A stretch of DNA of 64,000 bases. Origin: Escherichia phage vB_EcoM-fFiEco06. The stretch lies in sequence record NC_054914.1. One strand, 5' to 3'. The notes beneath the pieces are model-generated. The model did no database searches. It saw only the letters and a program-made list of their open reading frames with translations, and was not told where the DNA came from. Below, piece after piece: positions 27,693 to 36,856 of this stretch; position 1 is the first letter of the stretch; every line of letters begins with the position of its first letter. The position numbers and the translations under genes are program-made.

Positions 27693-28030
27693 CTAGTACT
27701 CAATCCTCGATTATAAGAATCTACCAAACGGTCAACCATTGAATGACAAGCGGCTTTATCTTTCTCCTCCGCAACTGAACATTCTAAGGTATTCCACTTT
27801 TTAGCATATCGTTTTAATAATGTATCGTTTTTGTATCTGCTTGATTTATCTCTTTCTCCGTCTTTATATGCATATATTAATTTCTGCGCAAATTCAGCTT
27901 GGCATGCTTTATTTTTCCCACAATAATCTGCCGCAGTGCGATTTACATATTCTCTAATTTCAGTATATGATGTATCTGCTAACGCAGAAAATGAAATTAA
28001 TCCTATACATAAAACCAAAATTTTAGTCAT
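27689..28030 (-). CDS. vs: Secreted/periplasmic small protein (vs position)
   Basis: 113 aa with N-terminal signal peptide; position between the macro-domain gene and vs.1 as in T4. Confidence 0.4.
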   Translation of the reverse strand: MTKILVLCIGLISFSALADTSYTEIREYVNRTAADYCGKNKACQAEFAQKLIYAYKDGERDKSSRYKNDTLLKRYAKKWNTLECSVAEEKDKAACHSMVDRLVDSYNRGLSTR

Positions 28031-28568
28031 TTACTATTTCCAAAAGTTTATTATTTTTAAGGTAATTAGCCTTTTCTAGGACTTCAGAAGCATATTTAGA
28101 ACCTGCTTTAACATTCCATCCCGAATTATAAGATGATATTGCTTTTCTTATATCGCCCTTATGTATATTTAACCAATAAGAAAGTTCAATGTACGCCCAG
28201 GAAGCTGAATTGGATCGTTTATTCAACATTCTTTTTATTTCAGCATCGGTCATATTATAACCAAGTTCCTTAACTCTTGCTCGCATAGTAGGCAAATAAT
28301 TTTGGAACATTCCATAAGCGTGATGCTTTGGTTTAGATTTTAAATTAACTCCGCCAGAGCTTTCTTGCCATAAAATGGCTGCCATTATATGGCCTAATCC
28401 GCTCTTGTGGATGTTTTTGTGTGTTTTATATTTTCCATCCTTAGAAAATTGTTCCCCGAATTGATACGCGTAACGCATGTTATCGAGTTGGACATTACTG
28501 AAAGTATGCTCGGAGCTATGTGCCATCATTGAAATGGCCAATAGACCAGCGAGTAGTGCTTTTCTCAT
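28023..28568 (-). CDS. Secreted protein, possible lytic-transglycosylase-like (vs.1 position)
   Basis: 181 aa with signal peptide MRKALLAGLLAISMMAHS. Confidence 0.45.
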   Translation of the reverse strand: MRKALLAGLLAISMMAHSSEHTFSNVQLDNMRYAYQFGEQFSKDGKYKTHKNIHKSGLGHIMAAILWQESSGGVNLKSKPKHHAYGMFQNYLPTMRARVKELGYNMTDAEIKRMLNKRSNSASWAYIELSYWLNIHKGDIRKAISSYNSGWNVKAGSKYASEVLEKANYLKNNKLLEIVND

Positions 28569-28575
28569 GCTTACC

Positions 28576-29037
28576 TCATTGAGTTTTAATTACTGCTTTA
28601 GAAGCCTTTCCTGGTAAACGACGACTGTTGATAATTGCCATCCTGCATTGAAGTGACGGGTTTTTGAACTTCTCATTAGGCTTACAAACCGTAAATCCAA
28701 GCCAAAGATTTCCATCTGTGATTTCTAAACGTCCAGGACGATATTCAACCCCATCAATAAAATCCTCGTCAATGTCAGGACGCGGAGGCATACTCAGGAA
28801 TTCATTAACTTCTAAAACATGGTCTTTTATTTTATGGAATAATTCAAAAACATATGTCTCATCAATCTCCCGTTGAATTGCACGATCAAGAAGATGTTGA
28901 GAATATTTTAGATGAAACGATGAGACTCCTGCTGCTTTTGATGCCTCACGAATCTCATTGTTAATTTGACGAAACTCCGACTCAAAATGACGACGAAGCT
29001 TATTTCGACGGATAAAAACTTCTGTATTGATAGTCAT
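28576..29037 (-). CDS. regB: Endoribonuclease RegB
   Basis: 153 aa; position and sequence match T4 RegB as recalled. Confidence 0.85.
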   Translation of the reverse strand: MTINTEVFIRRNKLRRHFESEFRQINNEIREASKAAGVSSFHLKYSQHLLDRAIQREIDETYVFELFHKIKDHVLEVNEFLSMPPRPDIDEDFIDGVEYRPGRLEITDGNLWLGFTVCKPNEKFKNPSLQCRMAIINSRRLPGKASKAVIKTQ

Positions 29038-29063
29038 GTTGTTCTCCTCTTAACTGATAGAAA

Positions 29064-29094
29064 AATTATACCACAGTCAAGAGGAAAAGTAAAC
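29064..29094 (-). promoter_or_regulatory. T4-type early promoter upstream of regB
   Basis: Minus strand GTTTAC, 18-nt spacer, TGTGGTATAATT. Confidence 0.6.
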
Positions 29095-29096
29095 AG

Positions 29097-29375
29097 TTAT
29101 TCTTTAAATCTAATCAATTTATTCATAGACTTTGAAACTTCTGCACGAACCTCATGTAGATTTTTGAGCTGTTCAAGACGCTGCGTATAGTAAGCAATTT
29201 CATCTTCTTCGAGACAGTCCTGTGAATCTTCTTTAAGATACCGTGCATAGTCCTGGAAAGCGTTACGGACTACTTCCTGGAAGTCATCAAGACTTTGAAT
29301 TTTCTTAGGAGCAGCAGACACACGACGAGGGGCAGTATAATACTCATAACCAAACCCTGCGCTTAATTGAGCCAT
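29097..29375 (-). CDS. Hypothetical protein (vs.3 position)
   Basis: Start set at the internal Met that abuts the upstream gene's stop. Confidence 0.35.
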   Translation of the reverse strand: MAQLSAGFGYEYYTAPRRVSAAPKKIQSLDDFQEVVRNAFQDYARYLKEDSQDCLEEDEIAYYTQRLEQLKNLHEVRAEVSKSMNKLIRFKE

Positions 29376-29641
29376 TAGTATTTTTCCTCTGGTTGGAACA
29401 CAGCACGACAAGCCCACATACTGGCTTCTTTGAGTTTCGTTTTAGCAATAGCTAACTGATCGAGGCTTTCAGCATAATTCTTCGCGAGTTCAAAGTCTTC
29501 GCAATTATCTAGTGCTTCCCAGAATTCATCATATAAAGCATCAAAGATAAGTCCTAAACGAACTTCAGCGTCTTTAATAGCATTTACTTTACCGATTTTT
29601 TCGTCGGTATGTGGCTTATAACCTTTAATATCTTCAATCAT
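29375..29641 (-). CDS. vs.4: Acb2-like protein (vs.4 position); candidate cyclic-oligonucleotide sponge
   Basis: Helical, about 88 aa from [12 protein letters not shown]...; fourth gene after regB. Sequence identity not verified. Confidence 0.45.
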   Translation of the reverse strand: MIEDIKGYKPHTDEKIGKVNAIKDAEVRLGLIFDALYDEFWEALDNCEDFELAKNYAESLDQLAIAKTKLKEASMWACRAVFQPEEKY

Positions 29642-29855
29642 ATTTGACTTCCTCACCAGTACATAAATCGTATTCAACTAAACGAATAGGTTCATGAATG
29701 CCATATCCCTGAACAGAAATTTCTGTCGTAGGATAAATTCCACTAATATCACCCATATTCCACGCTTCATTAAATTGATGTTCGCCTGAATTACTAAACC
29801 ATTCTGCGAAAGCATTTAACACATCTTTAGAACCTTCAATAATTATCTTTGCCAT
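29634..29855 (-). CDS. Hypothetical small protein (vs.5 position)
   Basis: 73 aa. Confidence 0.4.
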   Translation of the reverse strand: MAKIIIEGSKDVLNAFAEWFSNSGEHQFNEAWNMGDISGIYPTTEISVQGYGIHEPIRLVEYDLCTGEEVKYD

Positions 29856-30217
29856 TACAAGCTCTCAGTAAAGGTACGAGCGATAACGTCGCGCTGCTGT
29901 TCCGGAGTCAGAGAGTTAAAGCGAACTGCATAACCGGATACACGGATGGTCAGCTGCGGATATTTTTCCGGATGCTTAACTGCATCTTCCAGAGTTTCAC
30001 GACGCAGAACGTTAACGTTCAGGTGTTGACCACCTTCAATTTTAACTGTAGGCTGTGTCTCAATTTCAATTTCACGGGCATGCAAACCATAGAAAATTTC
30101 TGGGTCTACAAAAGAGTCCTCTTTAAAGGTTTTAGAGACAATAATTCGTGCTTGAATACCATCTTCAAAATAAATAGTACCTTTATGTGTGCCTTCAAGA
30201 ATTTGATATGCTTTCAT
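29855..30217 (-). CDS. Autonomous glycyl radical cofactor (GrcA/YfiD-like)
   Basis: 120 aa; C-terminal glycyl-radical motif [29 protein letters not shown]; the 3' half is about 50% GC. Confidence 0.8.
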   Translation of the reverse strand: MKAYQILEGTHKGTIYFEDGIQARIIVSKTFKEDSFVDPEIFYGLHAREIEIETQPTVKIEGGQHLNVNVLRRETLEDAVKHPEKYPQLTIRVSGYAVRFNSLTPEQQRDVIARTFTESL

Positions 30218-30223
30218 ATAACC

Positions 30224-30604
30224 TCAATTAGAAAATAAATTTATCCAAGATTGTTCTTTAATTAAAAATGGCTCAGAATCATATGCCATTAAACTCTGTG
30301 TGATTAGTCCTTTAAAAGGCCCATCAATAAATTCCATGGTAAAATATGGAATTTTATTCATTAGCCGTGCATTAGGAGCCGTGCACAAAACTCTGCATCC
30401 TTTGAATACGCCTTTTTGTAATTTGTATTGCTTGGGATAAAATTCGCTCAAAATGTTATTTTTTGCCAAAATTTCAAAATGATTCACCAATTTATTTTTA
30501 ATAGTTTTTGGCGAAAAATAAAGATATTCGAAAAGCTGAGTGTCTGTCATCATTGCATTCCGATTACGAAAAACTGTGGACGAGTAATACCACCAATGCA
30601 ACAT
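30224..30604 (-). CDS. Hypothetical protein (vs.7 position)
   Basis: 126 aa. Confidence 0.4.
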   Translation of the reverse strand: MLHWWYYSSTVFRNRNAMMTDTQLFEYLYFSPKTIKNKLVNHFEILAKNNILSEFYPKQYKLQKGVFKGCRVLCTAPNARLMNKIPYFTMEFIDGPFKGLITQSLMAYDSEPFLIKEQSWINLFSN

Positions 30605-31137
30605 TTAATATTACAGCAGCAGTGTACAGTGTCAATATGGACACTATAAATCTTATCCATATCAGGAGATTTGACAGGCTCATCAATTATATACAAAATT
30701 CGCGAAAGCGATAAACCTCTGAACTTGCTTCCTTTATTACCAATAAAACTGCGTACAGAATCAGTAAATAAACGAAAACGTATATCATCATTAGAATAAC
30801 GTGAAAATTCCTTTTTAATGTTATTTGCAGAAATTTTAGCGTAAGCTGAAGTATTAGAAAGAACAATAACTGTTCCGCCATCATACAACCAATTAGCAGC
30901 AAAGTTAGTCACAGCAATTGATTTACCAGATTGACGTCCACCGTCTAGTCGAAGTGTGCAATACTGTTTAAGTAAGTCTTCAAATGGCGGGATATATTCG
31001 TTTTTACAAATTTCTTCTACTCTAGCATCAGAATGGTGTGTAAAAGCATTCATCAGGGATAGATAAGGACCAGTTAAAAATGTTCTCATTTTGTTCTCTC
31101 TAGGTTTGGGCCATTCCATGGCGCATGAATTGTCCAT
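30550..31137 (-). CDS. Small P-loop NTPase (vs.8 position)
   Basis: Walker A GGRQSGKS and Walker B-like ILYIIDEP; the true start may be Met17 near 31089. Confidence 0.5.
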   Translation of the reverse strand: MDNSCAMEWPKPRENKMRTFLTGPYLSLMNAFTHHSDARVEEICKNEYIPPFEDLLKQYCTLRLDGGRQSGKSIAVTNFAANWLYDGGTVIVLSNTSAYAKISANNIKKEFSRYSNDDIRFRLFTDSVRSFIGNKGSKFRGLSLSRILYIIDEPVKSPDMDKIYSVHIDTVHCCCNIKCCIGGITRPQFFVIGMQ

Positions 31138-31234
31138 TTCTGTATTTACCCATTACCGCACTTGGGCTCGACCTTATTACAGGTTGGCGGGAATCCCTCA
31201 CAGAATCATGAGGTCCAGGTTATTCCCATGTTAT

Positions 31235-31651
31235 TTAAATGTAAATATTTTTGCCGTAATACTTATACCAGTGTGGCTTCATTAAAATTTTTTCATCGAG
31301 TCGTTGTTGACTCAACTTAATAGCTGATTTACATGGATTATAATCATTTTTCCATTCTACTGGAATATCGCTGATGTCAGGAACTTCAGTATCTTTTATA
31401 CTGAACCCGCGTTTTAAGCATTCCGTTATAATGTCCGATTGACGCTTTCGCAAAAATTCTAACTTATCGTAAAAGAAAGTAACATGACCAGAACCTAAAA
31501 TAAATTTAGAAGATATTTTAAAATCTTTAACGCGCTTACCGTTTGCCACATGCTTACGAACTATACCAAAAACACGCGGCAATTCACGGTATTCTGCGAT
31601 TAAATGTTGATCAGCAAGTTCAGATACTAAAGTCAAATTAATACGAGTCAT
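31235..31651 (-). CDS. denV: Endonuclease V (pyrimidine dimer DNA glycosylase)
   Basis: 138 aa; [17 protein letters not shown]...[10 protein letters not shown]. Confidence 0.92.
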   Translation of the reverse strand: MTRINLTLVSELADQHLIAEYRELPRVFGIVRKHVANGKRVKDFKISSKFILGSGHVTFFYDKLEFLRKRQSDIITECLKRGFSIKDTEVPDISDIPVEWKNDYNPCKSAIKLSQQRLDEKILMKPHWYKYYGKNIYI

Positions 31652-31673
31652 TTTATCCCTCCAAGTAACTGTG

Positions 31674-31706
31674 AATATACTATCACAATTCTAGGAGAAA
31701 GTAAAC
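31674..31706 (-). promoter_or_regulatory. T4-type early promoter upstream of denV
   Basis: Minus strand GTTTACTTTCTCCTAGAATTGTGATAGTATATT. Confidence 0.55.
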
Positions 31707-31710
31707 AACT

Positions 31711-32241
<531 letters not shown>

Positions 32242-32697
32242 TTAAAAGAGGCTGTTCATTATTCGGTAAAGTGAAGGACCCATCACATATTGCCACTGAG
32301 TACGAGGAATAAGAGCAAAAGCATCCATCTCTGGAATCATAACGCCATCTTTATTTTCAAAATAAGACTCGCAATGGCAATTTCTAAACATCTCATGCTC
32401 TACTGGAATCGTATAATAAAATAACTGTAAGTCTTTATTACTAGAATATTTAAATACACCTAAGTCTTCTAGAAGGTCTGGATTATAATCGATAAAACCA
32501 GTCTCTTCTGAGCATTCTCTTTTTGCAGCTTCCAGTGCATTCAAATCAGAACTTTCTACACGCCCCTTTGGAATATCCCAGCGATGTGCAATCATTCCAG
32601 GTTTACGAGAACCGGTAACTCGTCCCATAAATAAATCTTTATCTTCTGTCATAAAGATAATACCAGCTGATAATGTTTTCATTTTAATTTCCTGCAT
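32242..32697 (-). CDS. nudE: Nudix hydrolase
   Basis: 151 aa; Nudix box GRVESSDLNALEAAKRECSEETGF. Confidence 0.8.
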   Translation of the reverse strand: MQEIKMKTLSAGIIFMTEDKDLFMGRVTGSRKPGMIAHRWDIPKGRVESSDLNALEAAKRECSEETGFIDYNPDLLEDLGVFKYSSNKDLQLFYYTIPVEHEMFRNCHCESYFENKDGVMIPEMDAFALIPRTQWQYVMGPSLYRIMNSLF

Positions 32698-33167
32698 TCA
32701 GTGATAAAGTTATTTAAATTTTGAGTATATTTCTTTTCATCAAAAATCTTTTGTTGTCTGCGTAAACGCCATGGCATTTCAATGAACATACGCCATATTC
32801 CTGATAATACTGCTGCTGTAAAAATATTAACAAGTATAGTTAAAAGAACCCAATCTCCTATTCTGTCCATTGGATTTTTTATAAAAAAGTAAAATACGAA
32901 CGATGATATAGGAAGACTAATGATATACCACAGAAGAACCTTCTTATCTGTGAACCAATCAGCATTCGTTAACTTAGCGCGACCGTTTTGAATACATACG
33001 AACTTATCATCTGTTACAGTAAATGGCTTAGCTGCTTGATATCCCATTCTAAACTCCCTAATCAACAAATTTTTCATATCTTCGGAACAACCATTCCAGT
33101 CAACTCTATCAACTGAAATGCCATCATCCCCATCATCTAAATCATACCAGCGAGTTTTTAAAATCAT
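32679..33167 (-). CDS. Membrane protein, paralog group (C-terminal CRK motif)
   Basis: 162 aa; two hydrophobic helices; ends FITECRKLK. Confidence 0.5.
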   Translation of the reverse strand: MILKTRWYDLDDGDDGISVDRVDWNGCSEDMKNLLIREFRMGYQAAKPFTVTDDKFVCIQNGRAKLTNADWFTDKKVLLWYIISLPISSFVFYFFIKNPMDRIGDWVLLTILVNIFTAAVLSGIWRMFIEMPWRLRRQQKIFDEKKYTQNLNNFITECRKLK

Positions 33168-33526
33168 TTAATTTTCCTACAATCACTCACAAACTCTTTC
33201 ATTGACTCATTTTCAATATAAGACATGTAGCTATTATATTCTTTTAATTGTATTTTGTAATCCTTTTTTCTTTGCCAATTTATTTTAAAATTATCATAAT
33301 GAAAATATAACATGGTACCAAAGAATGAAAATAATGAAATCGCTATAGTAAAACGAAGTTCACTCCAAACCTCTGTTATAATTACTGTGCCGTCGATATT
33401 TAAAATAAAACAGTCAATTAACAATCCAATAAGACTACCCGCAAGAGCTGTAAATACTGATACAGCAAGAATTAATAGTGCCTCAGGAAACGAATATTTG
33501 ACTTTATTTAGTTTTGGCTTTTGCAT
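33164..33526 (-). CDS. Membrane protein, paralog group (C-terminal CRK motif)
   Basis: 120 aa; hydrophobic helices; ends FVSDCRKIK. Confidence 0.5.
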   Translation of the reverse strand: MQKPKLNKVKYSFPEALLILAVSVFTALAGSLIGLLIDCFILNIDGTVIITEVWSELRFTIAISLFSFFGTMLYFHYDNFKINWQRKKDYKIQLKEYNSYMSYIENESMKEFVSDCRKIK

Positions 33527-33921
33527 CGTGATTCCTTAACAAATTTCATAATTTCATCAAATTCATACATATCTAGCTTAAGCTGGTGTTCCTTTTTAAT
33601 CTTTTTACACTGAGCTTTCCAATCACGTACACGTTTACGATAATGTCTTCCTTGATACCAGTATCCTACCCAATTTACGGGTACTAATAAAAGTGGAACT
33701 ATTAATGGAAGAATTAGCATTAACACAAGTATTTCGCCAGAATCAATATCAGTCATAACATCTAAAACACCTCCAATAATCAATAGAATTACAAATGATA
33801 TGAGTATAACAGGACCTATTAACACATCAGTAGAAATTATCTGACGCTTTGGTTCATACTTCACAGGTTTACTTGGAAGGTATAGTGATGGTTTTGACAT
33901 ATTCTCTACATTCCTTAACAA
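33508..33921 (-). CDS. Membrane protein, paralog group
   Basis: 137 aa; hydrophobic helices; ends KFVKESRCKSQN. Confidence 0.5.
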   Translation of the reverse strand: MLRNVENMSKPSLYLPSKPVKYEPKRQIISTDVLIGPVILISFVILLIIGGVLDVMTDIDSGEILVLMLILPLIVPLLLVPVNWVGYWYQGRHYRKRVRDWKAQCKKIKKEHQLKLDMYEFDEIMKFVKESRCKSQN

Positions 33922-34483
33922 ATTTTTCTAGTAATAAATCACTTTCAAAATTGGGATTTTCTACAAATTTATCAAAAAGATCATCAACAATAGTTAAGAT
34001 ATTCTTTTTACTAAGAATACGTTTATTTTCATGCTTCGTTTCAGAATCAACTATAAGAGTAAAGAAATATTTCTTGCCCTGAAATTTTACAGTAGTATCA
34101 ATATAAAATAAATTTGACTTTTGTAAATTACGTTTAAACCATGCGTCACTTAAACTATAAACACCGAGATAATCAAAATCGTCGTTTAAATAACAAACCG
34201 TCCATTCAGGAGAAATGAAATCAGTAAATTCAACATCAAAATCACACGTCAATGAATGAATTGATTCAATACTGTTAATGAGTATTCCAGGACGTATTAA
34301 AGACTTTTTACCTCTAGAAAATCTTCCGGAAAGGCTTTCATCAGTTTCATATGAAGACCCCCAATAGTAATTACGTCCTTCTGCCATGCGTTTAAGAGCA
34401 TTTAGTAATTGGTCTGGAACATCAACCTGTCTTTGGAACTCTTCAAACATTGAATTGAAATCACTTTGCATTTTCATTTTCAT
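33869..34483 (-). CDS. Hypothetical protein
   Basis: 204 aa; preceded by a UUCG hairpin and a GGAG RBS. Confidence 0.5.
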   Translation of the reverse strand: MKMKMQSDFNSMFEEFQRQVDVPDQLLNALKRMAEGRNYYWGSSYETDESLSGRFSRGKKSLIRPGILINSIESIHSLTCDFDVEFTDFISPEWTVCYLNDDFDYLGVYSLSDAWFKRNLQKSNLFYIDTTVKFQGKKYFFTLIVDSETKHENKRILSKKNILTIVDDLFDKFVENPNFESDLLLEKFVKECREYVKTITIPSK

Positions 34484-34502
34484 TCCTATTTACTCCAAGT
34501 AT

Positions 34503-34520
34503 AAGGGGCCGAAGCCCCTT
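34503..34520 (-). terminator. Intercistronic UUCG hairpin (no U-tract; RNA stability/processing element)
   Basis: AAGGGGC-UUCG-GCCCCUU between a stop codon and the next RBS. Confidence 0.4.
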
Positions 34521-34524
34521 ATCA

Positions 34525-35118
34525 TTATTTCAGAGAATTAATGTATTCCTGAACATCGGCAGAGGTAGTTTCAACCCCAGAAATATTACCGTTAAAGGTT
34601 TCAACTCGAGCAAGGGTATCTTCAATATCAACCTTAGTCAGTGCTGCAATTTCAACTACATCATCAGCAGTACTAATTCCAAGGGCATTCGCTGCACGAG
34701 TTTCACGGATATATTCCAATTTAACCGCAAGTTCTTGACGAGCATCATCTAACTCAACTACTTTCTTGGCGATTTCAATTCGCATTTCAGCATAACCGTC
34801 AGCCTTAGTAGTCAACTGCTCAGCTGTTCGACGATATAGTAAACCGAGTTTAGCATGCATTGTTACATCTTGGCCTTCGGAAAGAAGTTTACGAATTTCA
34901 CGCTCTTTTGATTCGGCCTGTCGATTCTTTTCGATAACAAGTTCACGAATACGTTTTTCTTCGTTAATAGATTTAACAGAAGCAGTTTTTAGATCTTTAA
35001 TTTTATCAAGTAGTTTTGCTGCTGCAGCAGTATACTGTTCTTCGACAGATAGATTTTTAGCCATAGCAGAACCAAGTTTAGTGCGAATAAACTCAACAAT
35101 TTTCTTCAGTGTGTTCAT
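34525..35118 (-). CDS. Coiled-coil protein (PspA-like heptad character)
   Basis: 197 aa, largely helical charged repeats. Confidence 0.45.
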   Translation of the reverse strand: MNTLKKIVEFIRTKLGSAMAKNLSVEEQYTAAAAKLLDKIKDLKTASVKSINEEKRIRELVIEKNRQAESKEREIRKLLSEGQDVTMHAKLGLLYRRTAEQLTTKADGYAEMRIEIAKKVVELDDARQELAVKLEYIRETRAANALGISTADDVVEIAALTKVDIEDTLARVETFNGNISGVETTSADVQEYINSLK

Positions 35119-35407
35119 AGTATTTCCTTAGGTTAATTGAGATTTAAAATCCATGAGAGTATTATACTCCGGATAGTTTGTAAACTATTTCAACATCGCC
35201 TTTTGCTGCTTTATAACCTTCAGCCCAAGATACAACCGAGTTTTTATCCGAAGATTCAAATTCTGGCATTGGGCTTTCGCCAATGTTCACGCAGTATGTT
35301 TCTTCATTTTCGTCGAACCAAATAATTAAAGTAGTCATTTATTTCTCCGTTTTCTGTATTTGTTTTGATAAGTCTATAATAACACCGTCCTTGGCGTTTG
35401 TACACAA

Positions 35408-35683
35408 TTATTTCATATTATTGAAATATTCTTCTGCGATTTCATCGTTATCATGGTAAACTTTAGAAGACAGTTTAACATAACCTTCAGCAGTGAACAT
35501 GTTAATCACAACCTTTACAGTATACCACTGACCATCTTCATTACCCATTACTGCATAGGTTTCAAACATCGGATGGTCAGGACCGATAACTTTAATATCA
35601 TTCACTGTACGACCGAAATCTTCTGAAACACATTTCATAAAGAAGTTGAACAGTTCGCCGTAATTATCCATTTCATTCTCCAA
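35408..35683 (-). CDS. Hypothetical protein
   Basis: 91 aa; early promoter at 35711-35743. Confidence 0.45.
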   Translation of the reverse strand: MENEMDNYGELFNFFMKCVSEDFGRTVNDIKVIGPDHPMFETYAVMGNEDGQWYTVKVVINMFTAEGYVKLSSKVYHDNDEIAEEYFNNMK

Positions 35684-35710
35684 GTTGTTTTTGTATCAGT
35701 AGTTGATAGT

Positions 35711-35743
35711 TGTATAGTACCATGGAAGAACAGGGATGTAAAC
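35711..35743 (-). promoter_or_regulatory. T4-type early promoter
   Basis: Minus strand GTTTACATCCCTGTTCTTCCATGGTACTATAC. Confidence 0.55.
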
Positions 35744-35870
35744 AGTTTTGTGAAAAAATTTTTTAAAAAGTTTTAGGGAATTCTAGGGCAGGGAGGGGCA
35801 ATTAAAAGATAGGATAATATATTATAAAGGGTAGAAACTAAATGATGTCTAGAGAGGCCCGGAAAGGCCT

Positions 35871-35906
35871 AGATACCAAAAAGCCCCAACCTTTTGGTCG
35901 GGGCTA
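35871..35906 (-). terminator. Rho-independent terminator (copy 1 of duplicated terminator)
   Basis: AGCCCCGACC-AAAAG-GUUGGGGCU followed by UUUUUGG; downstream of ORF 35913..36386. Confidence 0.7.
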
Positions 35907-35912
35907 AGAATG

Positions 35913-36386
35913 TTATTTGATTTGTTTAGCAGACCAAATGCGGTCTTTAATAATTTTTTGGATGTCTTCAACATACTCAAGAGAGTGAACATGTGGGTTA
36001 TCTTTGAAACTATAAGCACGAGCTAGCTTTTGGCCTTCAGTTTTGATTACTAAAAGCTCTTTAAGGATAGCTTCATATTTGGAGATAATTCCTTTAACAA
36101 TATTTTTCTCTTGTGTGACTTTAGGATCTGCTTTAGGAGCAGGTTTACCTGAAGCCTTTGCAAAAGCAGCTCCAGTAGCAACTAAACTTTTCCAAGCCAT
36201 ACTAACTGCATTCCCTGTAAATCCTTCGGCTTTCATATCACGAGCAAATTGGAATCGTGATTCATCGGAAGCATCTTTATAGGAATATTTACCCGCGGCA
36301 ATGGCAGCTTTTGCAACAGCTTGAATTTCAGTGCTAGATGCTTCATTTAACACCGCTTCATTTAAAAATTGAGTATATGATTTCAT
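35913..36386 (-). CDS. Internal-protein-like late gene (capsid-targeting N-terminus)
   Basis: 157 aa Ala/Lys-rich; N-terminus MKSYTQFLNE resembles the T4 capsid-targeting sequence MKTYQEFIAE; TATAAATA late promoter upstream. Confidence 0.5.
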   Translation of the reverse strand: MKSYTQFLNEAVLNEASSTEIQAVAKAAIAAGKYSYKDASDESRFQFARDMKAEGFTGNAVSMAWKSLVATGAAFAKASGKPAPKADPKVTQEKNIVKGIISKYEAILKELLVIKTEGQKLARAYSFKDNPHVHSLEYVEDIQKIIKDRIWSAKQIK

Positions 36387-36422
36387 CTTATTTCCTGTTT
36401 TAATTCGGGGTTTTAATATACT

Positions 36423-36430
36423 TATTTATA
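36423..36430 (-). promoter_or_regulatory. Late promoter TATAAATA upstream of the internal-protein-like gene
   Basis: Minus strand AGTATAAATAAG about 37 nt upstream of the ATG at 36386. Confidence 0.6.
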
Positions 36431-36460
36431 CTAAAAAGCCCCAACCTTTCGGTCGGGGCT
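36431..36460 (-). terminator. Rho-independent terminator (copy 2) ending the tRNA/stable-RNA transcription unit
   Basis: AGCCCCGACC-GAAAG-GUUGGGGCU followed by UUUUUAG; about 30 nt shared with copy 1. Confidence 0.7.
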
Positions 36461-36776
36461 AAGCCTTGCGGCAACCTTGTCGGGGTTCCACCTGCTAAGG
36501 CAAGTGTTTGTACGAAACGCCGGGATTCGAACCCGGTTATTAAGCAGTTGACGCTACTCAATATTTTTAAAAGGCCATATCTCGACCATATCCGAACGTT
36601 CCGTCAAAAACGCTACTCGGCTTACGGCAAAGATATTTCCTCGAATCGATAATTCGGTGCGCCGTTTCTGCTGTGATATAAGGGGACATTAACAAAACAT
36701 AAAGATTTATTAATACCAGTCCTTAAACAGGGAACATCAGTCCGACGACTTGCCGGTAGCGACCCGGCTTCTTGTC
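36461..36776 (-). ncRNA. Stable RNA region (T4 species 1/2, rnaC/rnaD-like)
   Basis: Non-coding stretch between tRNA-Arg and the terminator, containing a tRNA-like T-arm (GGGTTCGAATCCCGG); position as for the T4 stable RNAs. Confidence 0.4.
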
Positions 36777-36852
36777 TGGTCGAGGCAGTAGGGATCGAAC
36801 CTACGACCCAGGACTTAGAAGGTCCTTGCTCTTCCTTCTGAGCTATGCCTCG
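36777..36852 (-). tRNA. tRNA-Arg (anticodon UCU)
   Basis: Hand-folded cloverleaf: acceptor CGAGGCA/UGCCUCG, anticodon loop CUUCUAA, T-arm GGTTCGATCC, encoded CCA. Confidence 0.8.
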
Positions 36853-36856
36853 TATT

